In this document: one piece after another, positions 24,301-38,600 of the stretch
Position numbering within the stretch: position 1 is the stretch's first letter
Layout: the number at the start of each line of letters is the position of its first letter
From: Azolla caroliniana
Lineage: Eukaryota > Plantae > Polypodiophyta
Length of the DNA stretch: 64,000 bases
NCBI GenBank assembly: GCA_043228905.1
Contig: JBHGNT010000005.1
Coordinates: 21,266,001 to 21,330,000, forward strand
Direction of reading: 5' to 3'
Translations under genes and position numbers: made by a program
Notes under the pieces: generated by a model
Databases searched by the model: none
What the model was told of the DNA's origin: nothing
The model's input: the letters and a program-made list of their open reading frames with translations, nothing else

Positions 24301-27300
24301 AAGTCTCATAACGTCCTGTGCCTTAAAACATACATTGGCAAAGGCCATATGGAGTTTGGAGATTTTTGGACACACATAAGTTATTCATATAAAATTTCCT
24401 CACCCTTTTCAATTATGATATATTCATTCATTTTTATTGAAAGCCTTCAACTTTTTCTATGAAAGTTTATTAAATTCGGGAAATCTTAACACCACATGTG
24501 GTGTTCATTTGTTCTTACACGAAAAAGAGAGAATGCGCATACTCATAATTGACCAAGAGAAAAATATGTGCCCTATATATTTAGAAAATGATCATAGTAT
24601 ACACCAAACCTCATTGTATTGGGTTATGCTGGTTTTTTTCATTACAAGGATTTCATCTAAAGAGTTGTTACAACTAGATCTTTGGCATCACTTAAAGAGA
24701 TTTGTTAAGTCTCCTAGAAGACAGACAAGACCCGACATTCCGTACCGAAGCACAACGCAAAAGCGTTATATGTCCGCAATAATTAGATGTTAAAATGTAT
24801 GAGAATTCACATTATTTTGTGATCCACAAAATTAAAGGTATAAACATGTTTATGGAACTTGTAAAAGCTTACACTTTGTAAGCTTGGCCCTTAAATACAA
24901 AGGAATCAAGTGCCATTAACCAACCATATATTGTATTGAACTCATGGTTTGTGTTGATATTTATGGGATGATAAAGAGATTGTGTAGTGAAAGGTTTATA
25001 TAACAAGCGTTTATTGACCTTACGTCGTGGCTCAAATCTTATGGAATTATAAAAGATATCATACAAAATCAATGCCTTTATCAAATCTAACTAAGAACTA
25101 GAGATACAAAGAAAAAAACTTAAAGATACTACCCAAAGCATTTCAACGAGCATAACATTAAAACAAAAACAAGAGTATATGTGTAGTCTGATAACAAAAG
25201 TATACAGTATTAATAATTTAATCAATTTAAAGTAGACTTTATTTGGAATAATGAATTAAGCAAATACCAAGGTAGCGCTTATAGATTGTCTTTTATGCAA
25301 AGAAAAACTATATATTCTTGTATTCAAAGATAACAACTGTCTTCCTAGGGATTCGTATCCCTCAAAATTGTTCTAGCTTTTTTATTGGCTACATTACAAG
25401 TTGTAATCAATACCTCTTTAGTTATGATATGATTTGTGGGATATGTTGAAATTCATAGGTATTTAGTTCCACTTTTTATCCATGCTGTGAATGTTGTTGG
25501 GCCGATGATAAGACTTAAACGTCTTGTTCCTTTTCTCATGATTCAACTATAAACCTCATTTGTAGTGTGATTTCTTTCAAGTTCATCCCTTTCAACTGTT
25601 GACATGACATGAACCTAGAACTCTAATAACCATGCCAAGAACTAGTTATCTAGTATGAGCAATATAGCATAAACCTCATATAAACGTACATCATAGAATT
25701 CATATGTACATTGTACATTATATATTCAACATTGAATCATGAAAATGAACCTTACAACACTTATGTTTAGTAGCATGAGTTTGTATATGACTAAATACCT
25801 CTAAACCATGACTTTCTATCATAGTTATGCTGAATGTGGACCACAATAAATGCATAATACCTTTTTAATGATCGTTTCCCATTAAACATAAAATTTTAAA
25901 TGGTATATATGTATGTTGTAGGTTGTAGCCCATGTATATGGCCACACTCACAAGTTCAGCGATAAATGTTTTTTTTTTCTCTATACCATATATATAGGCC
26001 ATGCATATACCTCAATAAGAGAGGGAGATATCCAATGGGCACTATATGGAACCACTAATAATGTTCATTGGTTTTGTATATCATTTATGCCAAACAAAAT
26101 TATCATATAGAAACTCTGAAAGGCCAAAAGTATTCCTCACGTTTCATCTTGTGTATTTGAGTGGTTTAAGTAGTGGGTGCATCTCAAAGTGAGGGCATTG
26201 TATTATAAGACCACCTAGTCGGATGTTAGGTGTATCATTCTCGAGCTCTATCTAACACCCCTATTTCCGTCATGTTATTATTTTCTTATGTTTGTACCAT
26301 GCTTTTGTACTTTATTAGTCCCTTCTACCAACGTACTAACACATTCTTTACATATCAATCATAACAAACAGTTTATGTGGCATGGCGTGCATACAATCAA
26401 TGATATACAGATTCACAATTGAAATGGTTAATCTTTCTTGTATATATAACAAATCTTCACTATTAAAGATAATTATTAGGCACAACGTCCACATATCGCA
26501 ATAAAGGTTGTGATCCAACATTGCCCCTCAAACTACCTTTTTTATTATTTTCGTTTCGGCGAATGACAAATTAATAGTAGAAAAGGGTCGTTTGAAAATT
26601 TCATGAACTAAAGATTATTTCCCTGGATCAACTAACAAGCACATCATGGTCCTCTGGTCTTTGTATATCCCATCGATGAATTTTCATACACATTAACCTA
26701 ATGAAATGCAATGTTTAACGAATTCTCAACAATCGTATGCAACTGTTAGATCGACCTCCTAAACACTTGACCTACATAGCATGTCCTTTTGCCGAGAGTG
26801 TAGTAAACATAGATTTTCTTGGCACTTTAGGTGTTATGAGACAAGTAGTTATAATGACATTCAAAACACGAGTTAGGTGGACTTTGCCTAATACATTGAC
26901 AAAATTATTAGTCTATTGCGGAAAATAGAATACCCCAAGATTTTTCTAGGTTCTTCAGGTGTCCCTGCCATATTGGCTATTAGTGATGTCCACATCACAT
27001 ACGCCACCCTAGGTAGGTAAAGTCGTCCTAGCTACATAACATCAAGAGAAATAATTTGTTCCTCAACGATGTTGAGATAATTGCAATAAGCGGATAAAAA
27101 TCATACTGTTTAGATGGAAAAGAGAAAAGCCATGGAATCGGCAACTTTTTCATGCCTGTCCAAATGCAGTGCTTCATCGAGTGGGAAGGAGGAAAGGCGG
27201 GAGCCCACACAGATGATTACGGAAAAACCGAGAGGCTTGATTGAAGGATTACAGTTTTACATTTTCTAAAGAGGGGTCAAGGACGATAGAGAACGGGAAG

Positions 27301-27772
27301 TGGGTTCTATCGGTACGTATAGGTTGAACGAAATCATTTGGGGGGGGGGGGGGGGGCTATTTATGAGTGTGGGAAAAGGATTGAAATCGATAATAAGTCG
27401 AGAATGTGACGAGGAGAGTAGTCGAGACAAACAGATGGACACATACTCGTGAGCGCGCAAAGGCAAACACATACACATACACACACACACACACATAGAT
27501 AGATAGACAGATGGGGTCCAAATTAGGTAATGATATAGGCACAAAGTGAATGTCCTCCAAAGAAAAGTAATGATAAGGACCTTGGTAAACCTAAAGTCTA
27601 TTATTAATAGCCAAGCAAAACAAATAAAAATAGCAATATATAAATTAAAGATGAAAGCAACCAAAACCTAAAGATTGAACTTTAGGGGGGGCCCCCTCCA
27701 CAAAGTAAAAATAATATCTTAGAAAAAATTAAAGGAAACCATATTATCATTAATTTGCATAAATGTCCACTC

Positions 27773-27841
27773 CACGTGATCTCAGCCAACGAGAGGCTGC
27801 CAGCTGGCGCAGGCATCCACGTCAACCGATGACGTCATCGG
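27773..27841. promoter_or_regulatory. Cluster of bZIP/bHLH-type cis-elements (G-box, E-box, CCACGTCA, C-box palindrome)
   Basis: CACGTG at 27773, GCCAGCTGGC at 27799, CCACGTCA at 27817, and the perfect 16-bp palindrome CCGATGACGTCATCGG at 27826-27841, all in an AT-rich background. Confidence 0.45.
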
Positions 27842-29099
27842 GGGGGGCATGCGTCCTTGTCACTCCCATTCAATGTTTTATTTATTAATAGATTCGTTTT
27901 TTGTTTTTTTACTATTATGTCCCCATAATAATAATTATTATTACTGGTATTTCTCTAGTTTATTTATATTTTCTTTGCTGTTATTTCTTATAATTTATAA
28001 CTTATTTACCCCTTCCCCCCCCCTTCCTTTTCTTTGAGATTTTAGCTCACACATTATGTATTATTATTGTTGTTATGGTTGTTTTACATACTTCTCTGGA
28101 GTAAAACTAAAAACAAAATTTCACAAAAAACCTGCTACTTTATAATTGATTAAGAAAATGGAGAAATTAAAAGCAAACAATTTTGGATCAAAGCCGGCTC
28201 TTTGTTGCTTTCTTACAGGATGCTAATGGATCACATTGGGCGTGAACATGTACAAAGGGAGGGGTTTTAGTGTCCGTGTTGCTTGGAATTCACACAAGGA
28301 CATAAGTTAGTTAGCCAGTACATTTGAACTTGAAATTAAAAGGCCTAGCAATCAATCTTCATGTAAATTCGCACACCCTAGAATTCAAAACGCTATTTTC
28401 ATGTGCCATTTGTCATGTCCACCCAAAATCTCGAAATTCAATAAACTCAGGGATGTCTTTTAAGGTTTCAATCAAATTGGGCCATTGAACTTTCATACAC
28501 CATGTAATAGCTTTTATAAGGCCTTAGCTTGTGAACCCGAGATGTTGAAGGGGTTATATAAGTATGAATGAATAATTAGAATATAGTTTACATGGCACAA
28601 TTACGACAATACATGCAACATAAAGGTTTGTCTATTTAAAAAATGAAAGGGTGTTCACATTGGAGAAAAGTTGGAAGGGGCAATGAGGAATCATGCAAAA
28701 AAAATAAAATGTTGAAGGTTTGGGACGTGATGGTAGTGTAAGGTTAATTTCCTTGGGAGAAGCCAAAACTTTTGATCTATGGCAAAGCCAAAGGACATTT
28801 ATGTTTGAAAAAGTTCCTCGGGAATTCCTCTTGGCGTAATGTATGCCATAATGATATTACTTTCTCTCTTACATTAAGTTAGAGATTACTTTCTCCCTTA
28901 CATTAAGTTAGAGATGCATAGAGATAAGATCAAGATGATGGCTAGAAGATTCATCCTCTTATAATGGTAGAGTGGAGGACGTGAAACCTTAGATAGAGAT
29001 AAAAAAGTTATTTTATGGAAAAGGTTGGCGGTTTTTTCAATAGTGTTGAGTCATTCAAACATTTTATCTATTGGTTCGTCACTCATTAGTAGGCGTAGA

Positions 29100-30900
29100 T
29101 ATCAAACATTGTAATAATCATTTTCCTAATGAGCTACTCCTACGCTTGTTATTCTTACACGGAGATAGAAAAGAAATTTGGCGGTTGAATTTAATCATGT
29201 TGATAACTAATTGAAGGTAGAGCTTGGTTGGTTGCAATGATGTTGCTTACATGGGGTTTTAATTATCCAATGTGTATGATGGTCACATGACATTGAGTGT
29301 ACGATGTAAGATGGTAATCTCATCTTCCATTTTGTGTGAGATTATTCCGTTGGTGATGATTGTGGGTGGTGTTGCCTTTGGCAACTCCATTGGAATGTCA
29401 AAACATTTTAAGTACATACTTTTCTATTTAGTGTTTAAGAAGGATGAGAGGCACATTTTGGTTGTAATGTGACAAATTTGGGCAAAGTCATGATTTTGGA
29501 CGACGATTTGACAAGGGTGAGTATAATAAAGAATTCACAAAGTTCTTCACAAAAGTATTTGCCAGAGTTGACACACCTAGCACAATACGATTTTATTGCA
29601 TGTAGGAATATATTGCATAATGCTCAAATCATCATGGATTATGCTCAACATACTCATTACAAAGGAATTATGGTGTTGCTAGATTTAGTGAAAGTTTATT
29701 ATGACCGACCATCATGTCAATTCATTGTTTGGTTTATGTGTAATGCATACTATGGACTCTGAACAAGGTATGCCTTGCCTCTTTTTTTTTATTAGGGCAA
29801 GATGTTGTGTCCCCTATTAATGTTTATTGGTGGAGTTACATCATATATTGCCATCACAAGATATATTATCAAGGATGCCCATTTAGCCATTGTTGTTTGC
29901 ATCAGTTACCCATTCCTTGCCAATATTGTTATCAATTCTTGCAACTAATGGTGATATTGTGGTAGTGCAAGCTTTGATAGATGACTCACTCATGTTTCTA
30001 CAAACCTCATGTGACAAATTTGAAAAGGAGATGCATGTACTGGACTAATTTGCCTTCTCTTTTGGGTTGCATTACAATTGGAGGAAGTCTAGCCTCATCT
30101 CATATATTGAGAGAGATTTGGAATGGTTGAGATGGCATTGACCCTTGGTTGGAAAAGGCTCTATTTGTCAACATTTAGGGTATCCATTGGATTGAATATT
30201 ACAAATGCCCGATTGCTTGAATGAATGATTCATAAGTCAAGGGATAAGTTCATGTGTTGAGATTCACAATCTTGCCCATTTAATCCATAGCCCTTTAAGT
30301 TGTACAATGTATTGTAGAACATATGGTATATTTTTTGTCATTGCTACCATGAACCAAGAAGGCTTTCCATTCCGTTTTGCAACCATTAAATATTGGTTTT
30401 GGTGAAAGAAGGATCACATGGGTTGCATGAAACCATCTAACAACCCCTAAAGAGCTTGTGGGGATCCGCATTATTGAGGTTATCTACAAATATGATGAGT
30501 CGTAGATATTCCATTTAAACTTTGACCTTCATATCCTCAACACTCAATTGTCTCATGGCATCAAGCATTCTCTTGTTTTGTGTAGACACAATCATTCTAG
30601 TAGAGAACAATGCAACTTCTTCTTGTAATAGGAGCTGATCATGTCTTCTTGGTTTTCATCTTGGGCATGGAATGAATGAGAGAAAAGAGAGAGACAATTG
30701 CATCATTTGCACTATTCAAGTGGAAGATAATACTTATTAATTTCATATAGTGCTCTGCTCATCAAATCAGGGGTTACATTTCTAAGATTTGATAAGTTTT
30801 GTCATGTTATCATTTGTCACCAAGACAAGAGGTGTTTGCAGAATTTACACAACTCTGCAACCTAAGACCAGAGATGGAGATCATTTTTTTCCTCTAAATG
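29100..30900 (+). mobile_element. Highly degenerate L1-type LINE reverse-transcriptase relic (boundaries approximate)
   Basis: FIACRNILHN...VLLDLVKVYYDR (~29590-29710), QGCPL.LLF (~29870), VQALIDDSLMF (~29965), GL..NWRKS and HLGYPL appear in RT domain order. Confidence 0.65.
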
Positions 30901-32114
30901 CTTTTGTATTTGGTAGTAGGCATGGAGTTAGAGCATAGCTACAAAAGTTGAAAGGAGTATTGATGTGGCAATTTTGTTTATTTTAGTGTTAAATTCATCT
31001 TGCCCATTGGTGATTCAATATGTCCCATTACCCACGTAGTGTTGATACCAATCAATTGTGGTATCGTTGAGTGATTTTCACACACATTTATTAATATATG
31101 ATTGTTGTCTTTTCATCAAAAAAGACGGAGAGAGCATGATAGAAAAATTAGTTGATAAACTCGTTATGTGGGAAACATAAGGTTGAGTATTCAAACCAGA
31201 AATGTAGGCTTGAAAGGAAATTGACTTGGCAATTCTTGGAATTGAACTCTAGTGTAGGCACTTCCTCATTCAGGGAGATAACTTTACGTGAACAAGAGTT
31301 TACCTTCCCATAAAGATCCTTACAATTAGGAGAATCAATGATGTTGTGCATGAGAGAGAGGGGGGGGTCACTTGGTAGGGTTGATGGACAGAGACCTAAA
31401 TAAAGGTTATGTTCGAACCTAACATACATTTTTGTATTGGCATCTCATAAAGTAGGATGAAAGGTATTAAGAGAAATTATGAAAAGGACTAGGCTATTCC
31501 AAGAGTTTCATGAAAACGAGGAATACATACACCAAAATTCGCATTAAAATATAAAAAGAGGTTCGACAAAAAACAAGTAAAATAGCGAAAATATGCTTGC
31601 AACTCTCTGAAATCCTAAAGATTAGAACTCTCGCATTTTCGAAAGAAAATTTGAACTTATAGACATTCTGATAAGATAGATAGTTATCTTTTTTAATGTC
31701 CACTGGAGAAGATTGATTGCGATTTGGGAGACGGGGCCTAGCTCGTGGCGGAAAATCGATACTATGTTAGTGTTGGATTTGGGGTAGAGTTATAGCAATA
31801 CAAACAACTTTATAGTATGAAAGGATAAGGGGAAATAAGAACTCTATTTGTCTCTTAGTAAAATAAGGGCATTTTTCTTATATTTCCCATAAGCAATGCA
31901 ATGTTAAGGGAGAGATGCTAGTTATACTTAGCCAATCGAATTGTAAATCAGCGATTCCTCGACACATTGTAAAGGTTAAAAGTTAGGGGCTCTATCCAAA
32001 GGCTATGGAAAAGCAAGGGAGACATGTTCGTTACCTGGGAACTCTGGTTAGGTATACAGGTATTTGTTTGTTAAATATTTGTCCCAAAGGGGCAGGGTGG
32101 AGGGGAGGGGTAAT

Positions 32115-32418
32115 TGCGTTGAGATTATCGGAAACTTGACGTTTTAATGGACGGGCGGCCAAGTGGGAACATTGCCAAAAGTTTGACGGGAAAGGGACGA
32201 GAGAGCACGAGGGGTATGCCTCGAGATTACTCGAAAACCCGACGGGCGGCCAAGGGGGAACACAGCCAAAAGCTCGACCTGAGAGCACGAGGGGTATGCG
32301 TTGAGATTACGTGAAAACGTAACGGGCGGCCAAGTGGGAACACGGCCAAAAGCTCGACGAGAAAGGGACTAGAGAGGAGAAGAGCGGGGGTATGCCTCAA
32401 GATTACCCGAAAACCCGA
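32115..32418. repeat. GC-rich ~80-100-bp direct repeat (3-4 copies) in the proximal promoter of the bHLH gene
   Basis: ACGGGCGGCCAAG at 32151, 32242 and 32322; GGGGTATGC..(G/A)AGATTAC at ~32211, 32291 and 32387. Confidence 0.85.
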
Positions 32419-32682
32419 GTGTCCAGGGGGGACATGTTTTTGATATTTTACCTGAGAACAGAAAGGCCCAGGGGCATATTTTGAAATTAGCCAAAACCAG
32501 AGTTTTTAAAGGCCATGAATATATATATATATATATATCTATATACACACTCACACACTTTAAGCTCAGACGGAGGCTTTTTAAGGGCTCTTTTTTTCTC
32601 CTTTCCTTTCCTTTTCTTTCTCTTTTCTCTTTTTTTTTTCTCACATGAGGAGGTCTTAATTACCCAGAGATTAAGCCTAATC

Positions 32683-35600
32683 ATGAACCCTAATCCTGAT
32701 TTAATCCTTAATCCCCCCCTTAACCCCTTGCTCGGCACCCTCGTCAACAATCTCCCTGACCTTCCCATCAATAACCTCAGCTTCCAGAGCCTGCTCTCTG
32801 CTACCGGCAATCATGTGATGCATCCACAATTCTCTACTCTTAATCCATGGGACGACCAGTTGTTCGCTAATTACCCCCCTAATCAGATGATTAATCACCC
32901 CTGCATGAGCACCACCTCTCCTAATTACTCTGCTAATTACTCCGCTAACTACTCTGCTGCCTCCGTTAATAGCCCTCCCAATTACGCCGCTAATTATGCC
33001 ACTAATCACAGTAGCAGTAACATGATGGGCCAACATAATCATGAGTACGAGCAGCTGATTAATCTATGCACTAGCTCCACTAGTGTGAATCATAATGCTA
33101 ATCACTCAAATGTGGGCTTTAATTACGTCCCTAATTATGATAATCTGATCACTAGTCATGAGGAGTTGGTGATTAAAGATCACATGAAGGAATCATTAAG
33201 CAGGGCTAATTCCAGCTCCTTAATTGCATTGCCTAAACCAGCTAATAATCCAGAGATCCTTAGTAATTCGGACATCATTAATCACGCCGCGTTGATTGCC
33301 TCCAGGCCGAATGATATAATTCGTCCTAATAATATGGCGATGCAAAGCCACCCAAAGTCGAGGAAGAAGCGGATTCGATCAGAAGCAGCTAGTTCTGATT
33401 CGTTAAAGGTAAATTGCACTTTCATCCTTGATTAAGGGCCCTAATTATGGTTAAGGACCAGTTAATCAGCGGTAGGATGCTAATCCTGATTAATCAATAG
33501 GGTTTAGTCTTCATCACACTGCAGGTAGTTAGTAAACACTACTTAGCTCTTCGAGCATAATTAGCTGATAAATTAAAGCTCTGAGTTGTCCGACATATTG
33601 TGTCCACATTTATGGAATTAATTCAGGATTAGTGCACGATTGGACCCCCCTCCCCCTATTTTATTGTCAAAAGCTCTTTCACTAATGACCTTAAATGCAT
33701 GCTAATCATAATAAATTACCATTAATGATCCCTAATTCGACCTCATTGGAGTCTGCAAAGGATTGGAGCAGAATTAGCCAACCAATTAAACCTCTTTAAG
33801 TTGTCCCACATACTGTCTGTGTTCATATTACCCCCCCATTTAATGGTCGAAAGCCAGCTTGAATTCTGTCATTAATGACCTAAAAATTGCATCCTAATCA
33901 TAACAATTTTTTATCCGTTAATGTCCCAAGTTTTTTTATTAAGGACCTTAATGGGATGCTAATCATAATCGAAAGCCAGCTTGGATTCTGTGATTAATGA
34001 CCTAAATTGCATGCTAATCATGACAATTTGCCCGTTAATGTCGAAAGTTCTTTCATTAACGACCTTAATGGGATGCTAATCATAACAATTTACTCGCGAA
34101 TTATCCCTAATCCAACCTCTTTGGCGAATTTACGAAGAAGCTTTCTGATCTTTGGCAGGGGGATATTCCGGTGGTGGATCCGGAGCAAGAAGACCAATCG
34201 ATGGAGGATACAAATCGGAGGCAGAAATCTAAGCGAGTGAAATCAGCAGACGGGAAGGCGATACTCAGTCGTGGTGATGCGGTGGCTATGGCAGCGGCGG
34301 AGCTCAGTGGCTATGGCGGAGGATTAACGAACCCTAATGACAGGAGCGCAGCCTGCAGCACGATTACAGCCAATTCTTGGGGAGATTCAGACAAGCCAAT
34401 TCTTGGGGAGAATCAGGAGATTAAACCGGGCGGGAGCGGCAGTGAAGGCGATTCGGACCGGCCGGACAAAGCTCCGCAGGCGAAGAATTCCTTCAAAATC
34501 AAGCCCGGCCCCGCCGATCCCGACCCACCCGAGCAGCCGAATACCGACAAATCCGCCCAGAAATCGGCGGCCGAAGACCCCGCTCCGGCTCCGGCTCCGG
34601 CTCCGCCCGCCCAATTGGATTACATCCATGTCCGCGCCCGACGAGGCCAGGCCACCGATAGCCATAGCCTCGCAGAAAGGGTACTGAATCCTAAACAAAA
34701 AAACAAAATTCTTAATATGTTGATCATGCCATTTGCCTCCTTAATCGCTGCTTTCTCCGCTTAATCTCATTCCTGGACTTCCTTAATCACTTCTTTCTCC
34801 GCTTAATCTCATTCCCGGACTTCCTTAATCGCTTCTTTCTCCGCTTAATCTCATCCCCGGACTTCCTTAATCGCTTCTTTCTCCGCTTAATCTCATCCCC
34901 GGATTTCGCTTCTTTCTCCACTTAAATCGCATCCTCGGATCTCGTTAATCCCTGCTTTCTCCGCTTAATCGCATCCCCGGATTTCCTTACTCGCTGCTTT
35001 TTCTGCTTAATCACATCCTAGATTTTCTTAATCGCTTCTTTTTCCCCTCAATCGCATCATGGATTTCCTTAATTGCATCGTGGATTTCCTTAATTGCGGC
35101 TTCCTCCGCTTAATCGCATCCTGGATTTCCTTAATCGCTGCTTTCTCCGTTTACTCGCATCCCGGATTTCCTTAATCCCATCCATGAATTCATTTTTAGT
35201 ATGACTAATTAGTATCCTAAATTATACGATTTCATGAGCTCGATATTAGCGGACAGGACAATGCCACCAATGCTATCGATGTTAATCCACTTCTGATACC
35301 AAGCCATATTTGCTTAAACACTTTACATAGGATTAACACTTGATTACCTACTAATTAGTCTACACGAAGATGTTAATTGCAGAGTGGCTTGATCCAGACA
35401 TTAACTGACAGAATGCTGCCAACTAGTTAGTTAGGATTGAGATCTCCATTAACGGACATCTTTAATAATTTTCTTTTATCTCCAGGTTAGTTAGCTTAAC
35501 TATGATTTAGTTATCATCCCACCCATTGCAATAATGATTTCGTTTAATTTTATATTTACCCACCCAATAGCCTTTGATTGCTTTAATTAGTTCGGACCGA

Positions 35601-38600
35601 TGAGCAAGGATTCACCTCATAAAATTTCTAAGAGTAGCTCAACCCAGTATTTAATTTGTCCTTAAAATGCACCTAAAACTCGATGTAATCAAGGAGAAGG
35701 CTCTTCCATAATTGCGTAATAAATATGAAAACTTCATGAATGAATTATGTCATTAAAGATTTGCGCTCCCTAATTGTTTCCCTTTAATGATCAGAATTAA
35801 ATACTACAGGTTAATGATTATTGATGTGATTTATGTGTCCCAATGCCATTAATTATGTGTTCAATGTGTCCTAATGTCATTAAGCACAACGTAAGAAAGA
35901 ATTAACGGCATCGTTAATAATGTATGTAATCCGTTTGAGCTGATGAATTTCTTAATCTGATTAGGTTCGAAGGGAGAAGATTGGCGAGCGAATGAAATAT
36001 CTACAGGATCTTGTTCCTGGTTGCAGCAAGGTACAAATTAATTACATATATGCAGGATCTTGTCCGTGGTTGACATTTTGAGATTAGTAGGGTAATTAGA
36101 TGATTATCCTTTTAATTAAGGTTAGGATTTTGAGATTAGTAGAATATCCAGGTCATTAATCTCTGAATTAAGAATTGAGATCAATCCATTAATGATGAGT
36201 TAATTAAGACAGCAAAAACAGTATTTTCAGACTGTAAATGAGATACACGTAACAGATATTGTATTTTCAGCAGAGAAATTGTGAGGAGATTACAGATAAC
36301 TGTAAACAAGAAACAGGTAGCAGAGACTGTGAATTTAGGGCCTGTATGGAGGTACTAATAACAGAAACCAGCATATTATTTCCAGACAGAAACAATGATT
36401 TAAAGACTGTAATGAGATATAGGCAACAGAGAAATTATATATTCAGACTGTAATCAGATACAGGCAACATAAAATAGTACATTCGGACTGTAATTAGGTA
36501 ACATATCGCTGTTAAACCACGAATCCGGCTACATATAGCTCCGGATTTAAGAAGCCAAAATTTAGTAACGTAATTAATGGATCAATTTGTCATCTTGTAT
36601 GAATCAATTTGGTATAAACTAATGGATCAATTTGTCATCTTGTATGAATCAATTTGGTATAAACTAATGGATCAATTGTCATCTTGTATGAATCAATTTG
36701 GTATTAAGTAATGTATCAATTGTCATCTTCTATGAATCAATTCGGTATTACCTAATGTATCAAATTTTCATCTTGTATGAATAAATTTGGTATCAACTAA
36801 TGGATCAATTTGTCATCTTCTATTAATACAGGTGACAGGGAAAGCTATGATGCTAGATGAGATCATCAATTATGTACAGTCTCTGCAGAGACAAGTAGAG
36901 GTGAGTAGGTCTTGCTAATCAGTAGATATTTTTTGCACTTAATCATCGATAATCAGGCATGATGGCAACCAATTGATCTTAATTAGCAACTAAACATACG
37001 AAGATCAAGTTAGTTAAATCATTCCCCAATGGATTTTATGCAGTTTTTGTCCATGAAATTGGCTTCTGTGCATCCGAACAAGGTGGAATCGCTCTTCCAA
37101 GAGGTCAAAATGAAGCTTAATCATGTCTTTATCATTCCTAATTAACACAAATTGGTACTTCTTAGACTTAAAAACAGAATCCACCACATGTGGTTAAAAG
37201 GCGTTTAATTGGGTTCCTCAAACACGGATTAACAGGTAATCCAGCCGGTTAATCATGTCCACCTACCCGGTCAGCAAGTGCCGATTAGAGGGCTATATCC
37301 GAATCCCTTCCATGGCAACGATATGAGTAGGATGCATCTCCAACCGGACCAGCCGGTTAATCAAGTCAATAACACAAATGCCACTCCGACAATATCGGAT
37401 CACACCTTTGGGTCGGAGTGTATCTCGCAGGTAATTAGTCGCTAATCTTCCTCTAAATGAAAAAATTAGTGAACATCTGTTTTCCCTAATCCCTTCCTTA
37501 ATCCGGAACTTAATTAACCTCGAGATTGGAGGTGTATATGGCTTGTCCGGCTAGATCTCTCGCAATTGGTGACGGTTTCACACTGCGTGGCTTTTGGCTC
37601 TCGAGTTTCACACTCCTGTGGCTCGGCTCTCGGGTTTCACTTTGTGTGTGGCTCGGGGCTCTTGGGGGTTTCACATTGTGTGTGGCTTGGCGCTTGAGTT
37701 TCACATTGTGCATCTCGGGGCTCTCGGGTTTCACATTGCGTGGCTTGGATCTCTGGGTTCACATTCTGTGGCACGCACTTGCTCTAAGTGGCTTGTCAAA
37801 GGCCTCGCCACAATGTGCTCAGTTGCCGAGCAACCAGGTACATGCAACTCACCGTGTGCCACGTGTTCACTCGCCCTTTGGGGACCCCACGTTTAGGATC
37901 ACTGAGTCAGGAAACACATTTGTAACATGCCAATATATGTTCATTAGATGCGGTGGCACCGTATGTCATTGGCTCCTTCGATATGCAGTGCGTGCTCAAG
38001 ACAAATTTGGAACTAACTTTGTGATCAGACGAGCGCATCACGTGGGTTTCGAGCTTTAGTGGGGTCTAGCGTTAAACGTACCCTTAATTTTCATTAAAGA
38101 AATGGGCTCAACGGGACATGGGCCAATGCAAATGATTCATAGGAAGAGATGTAGCTATCTACATACAAAGGTAGGTGTCGTGGGGTCTAGACCACAATTA
38201 TCGCGACCTCGCATCAACAAACAATATGCCCTTCTAGGCCCGTTGTCGATTGCAATTTGTACATTGAGGTGTAGTGAATTGTCCCCTTGTGATAAGGATG
38301 TTGTCTCCTCGGATAAAGGAATTGTTGTCCCCCTACATTGGCGATGGAGTAGACTTCCTAGCTGTGATAGCCACCCTTTTTTGAGACAAAAGAGAAACAA
38401 ACTAATTATCATCCTCACAATCATCTCATTAACATTGAAGAAGACAAAGGGGCATTTAAAGGAAACGTCTTCTCTCTTTCCGACAAGCAAGTATACCTTG
38501 CAAATTCGATGATAACGAGTTGCTGTTGTATGTCGATCATCGATCCCAAGTCTCCTCCCTTATGCACGGATGATGGGGATTATGGGACCCTTGATCTTGC

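Noticed and set aside
21650-27000. Possible decayed DNA-transposon (CACTA-like) coding relic, for example minus-strand DSFVFKGQAYKV near 24870-24910
   Set aside because: Only one weak motif resemblance, with no ordered domain motifs or termini found by eye. A translated HMM search is needed.
32515-32682. Upstream in-frame ATG extending bHLH exon 1
   Set aside because: It translates a (TA)n tract and a pyrimidine-rich leader. The ATG at 32683 is more plausible, though unproven.
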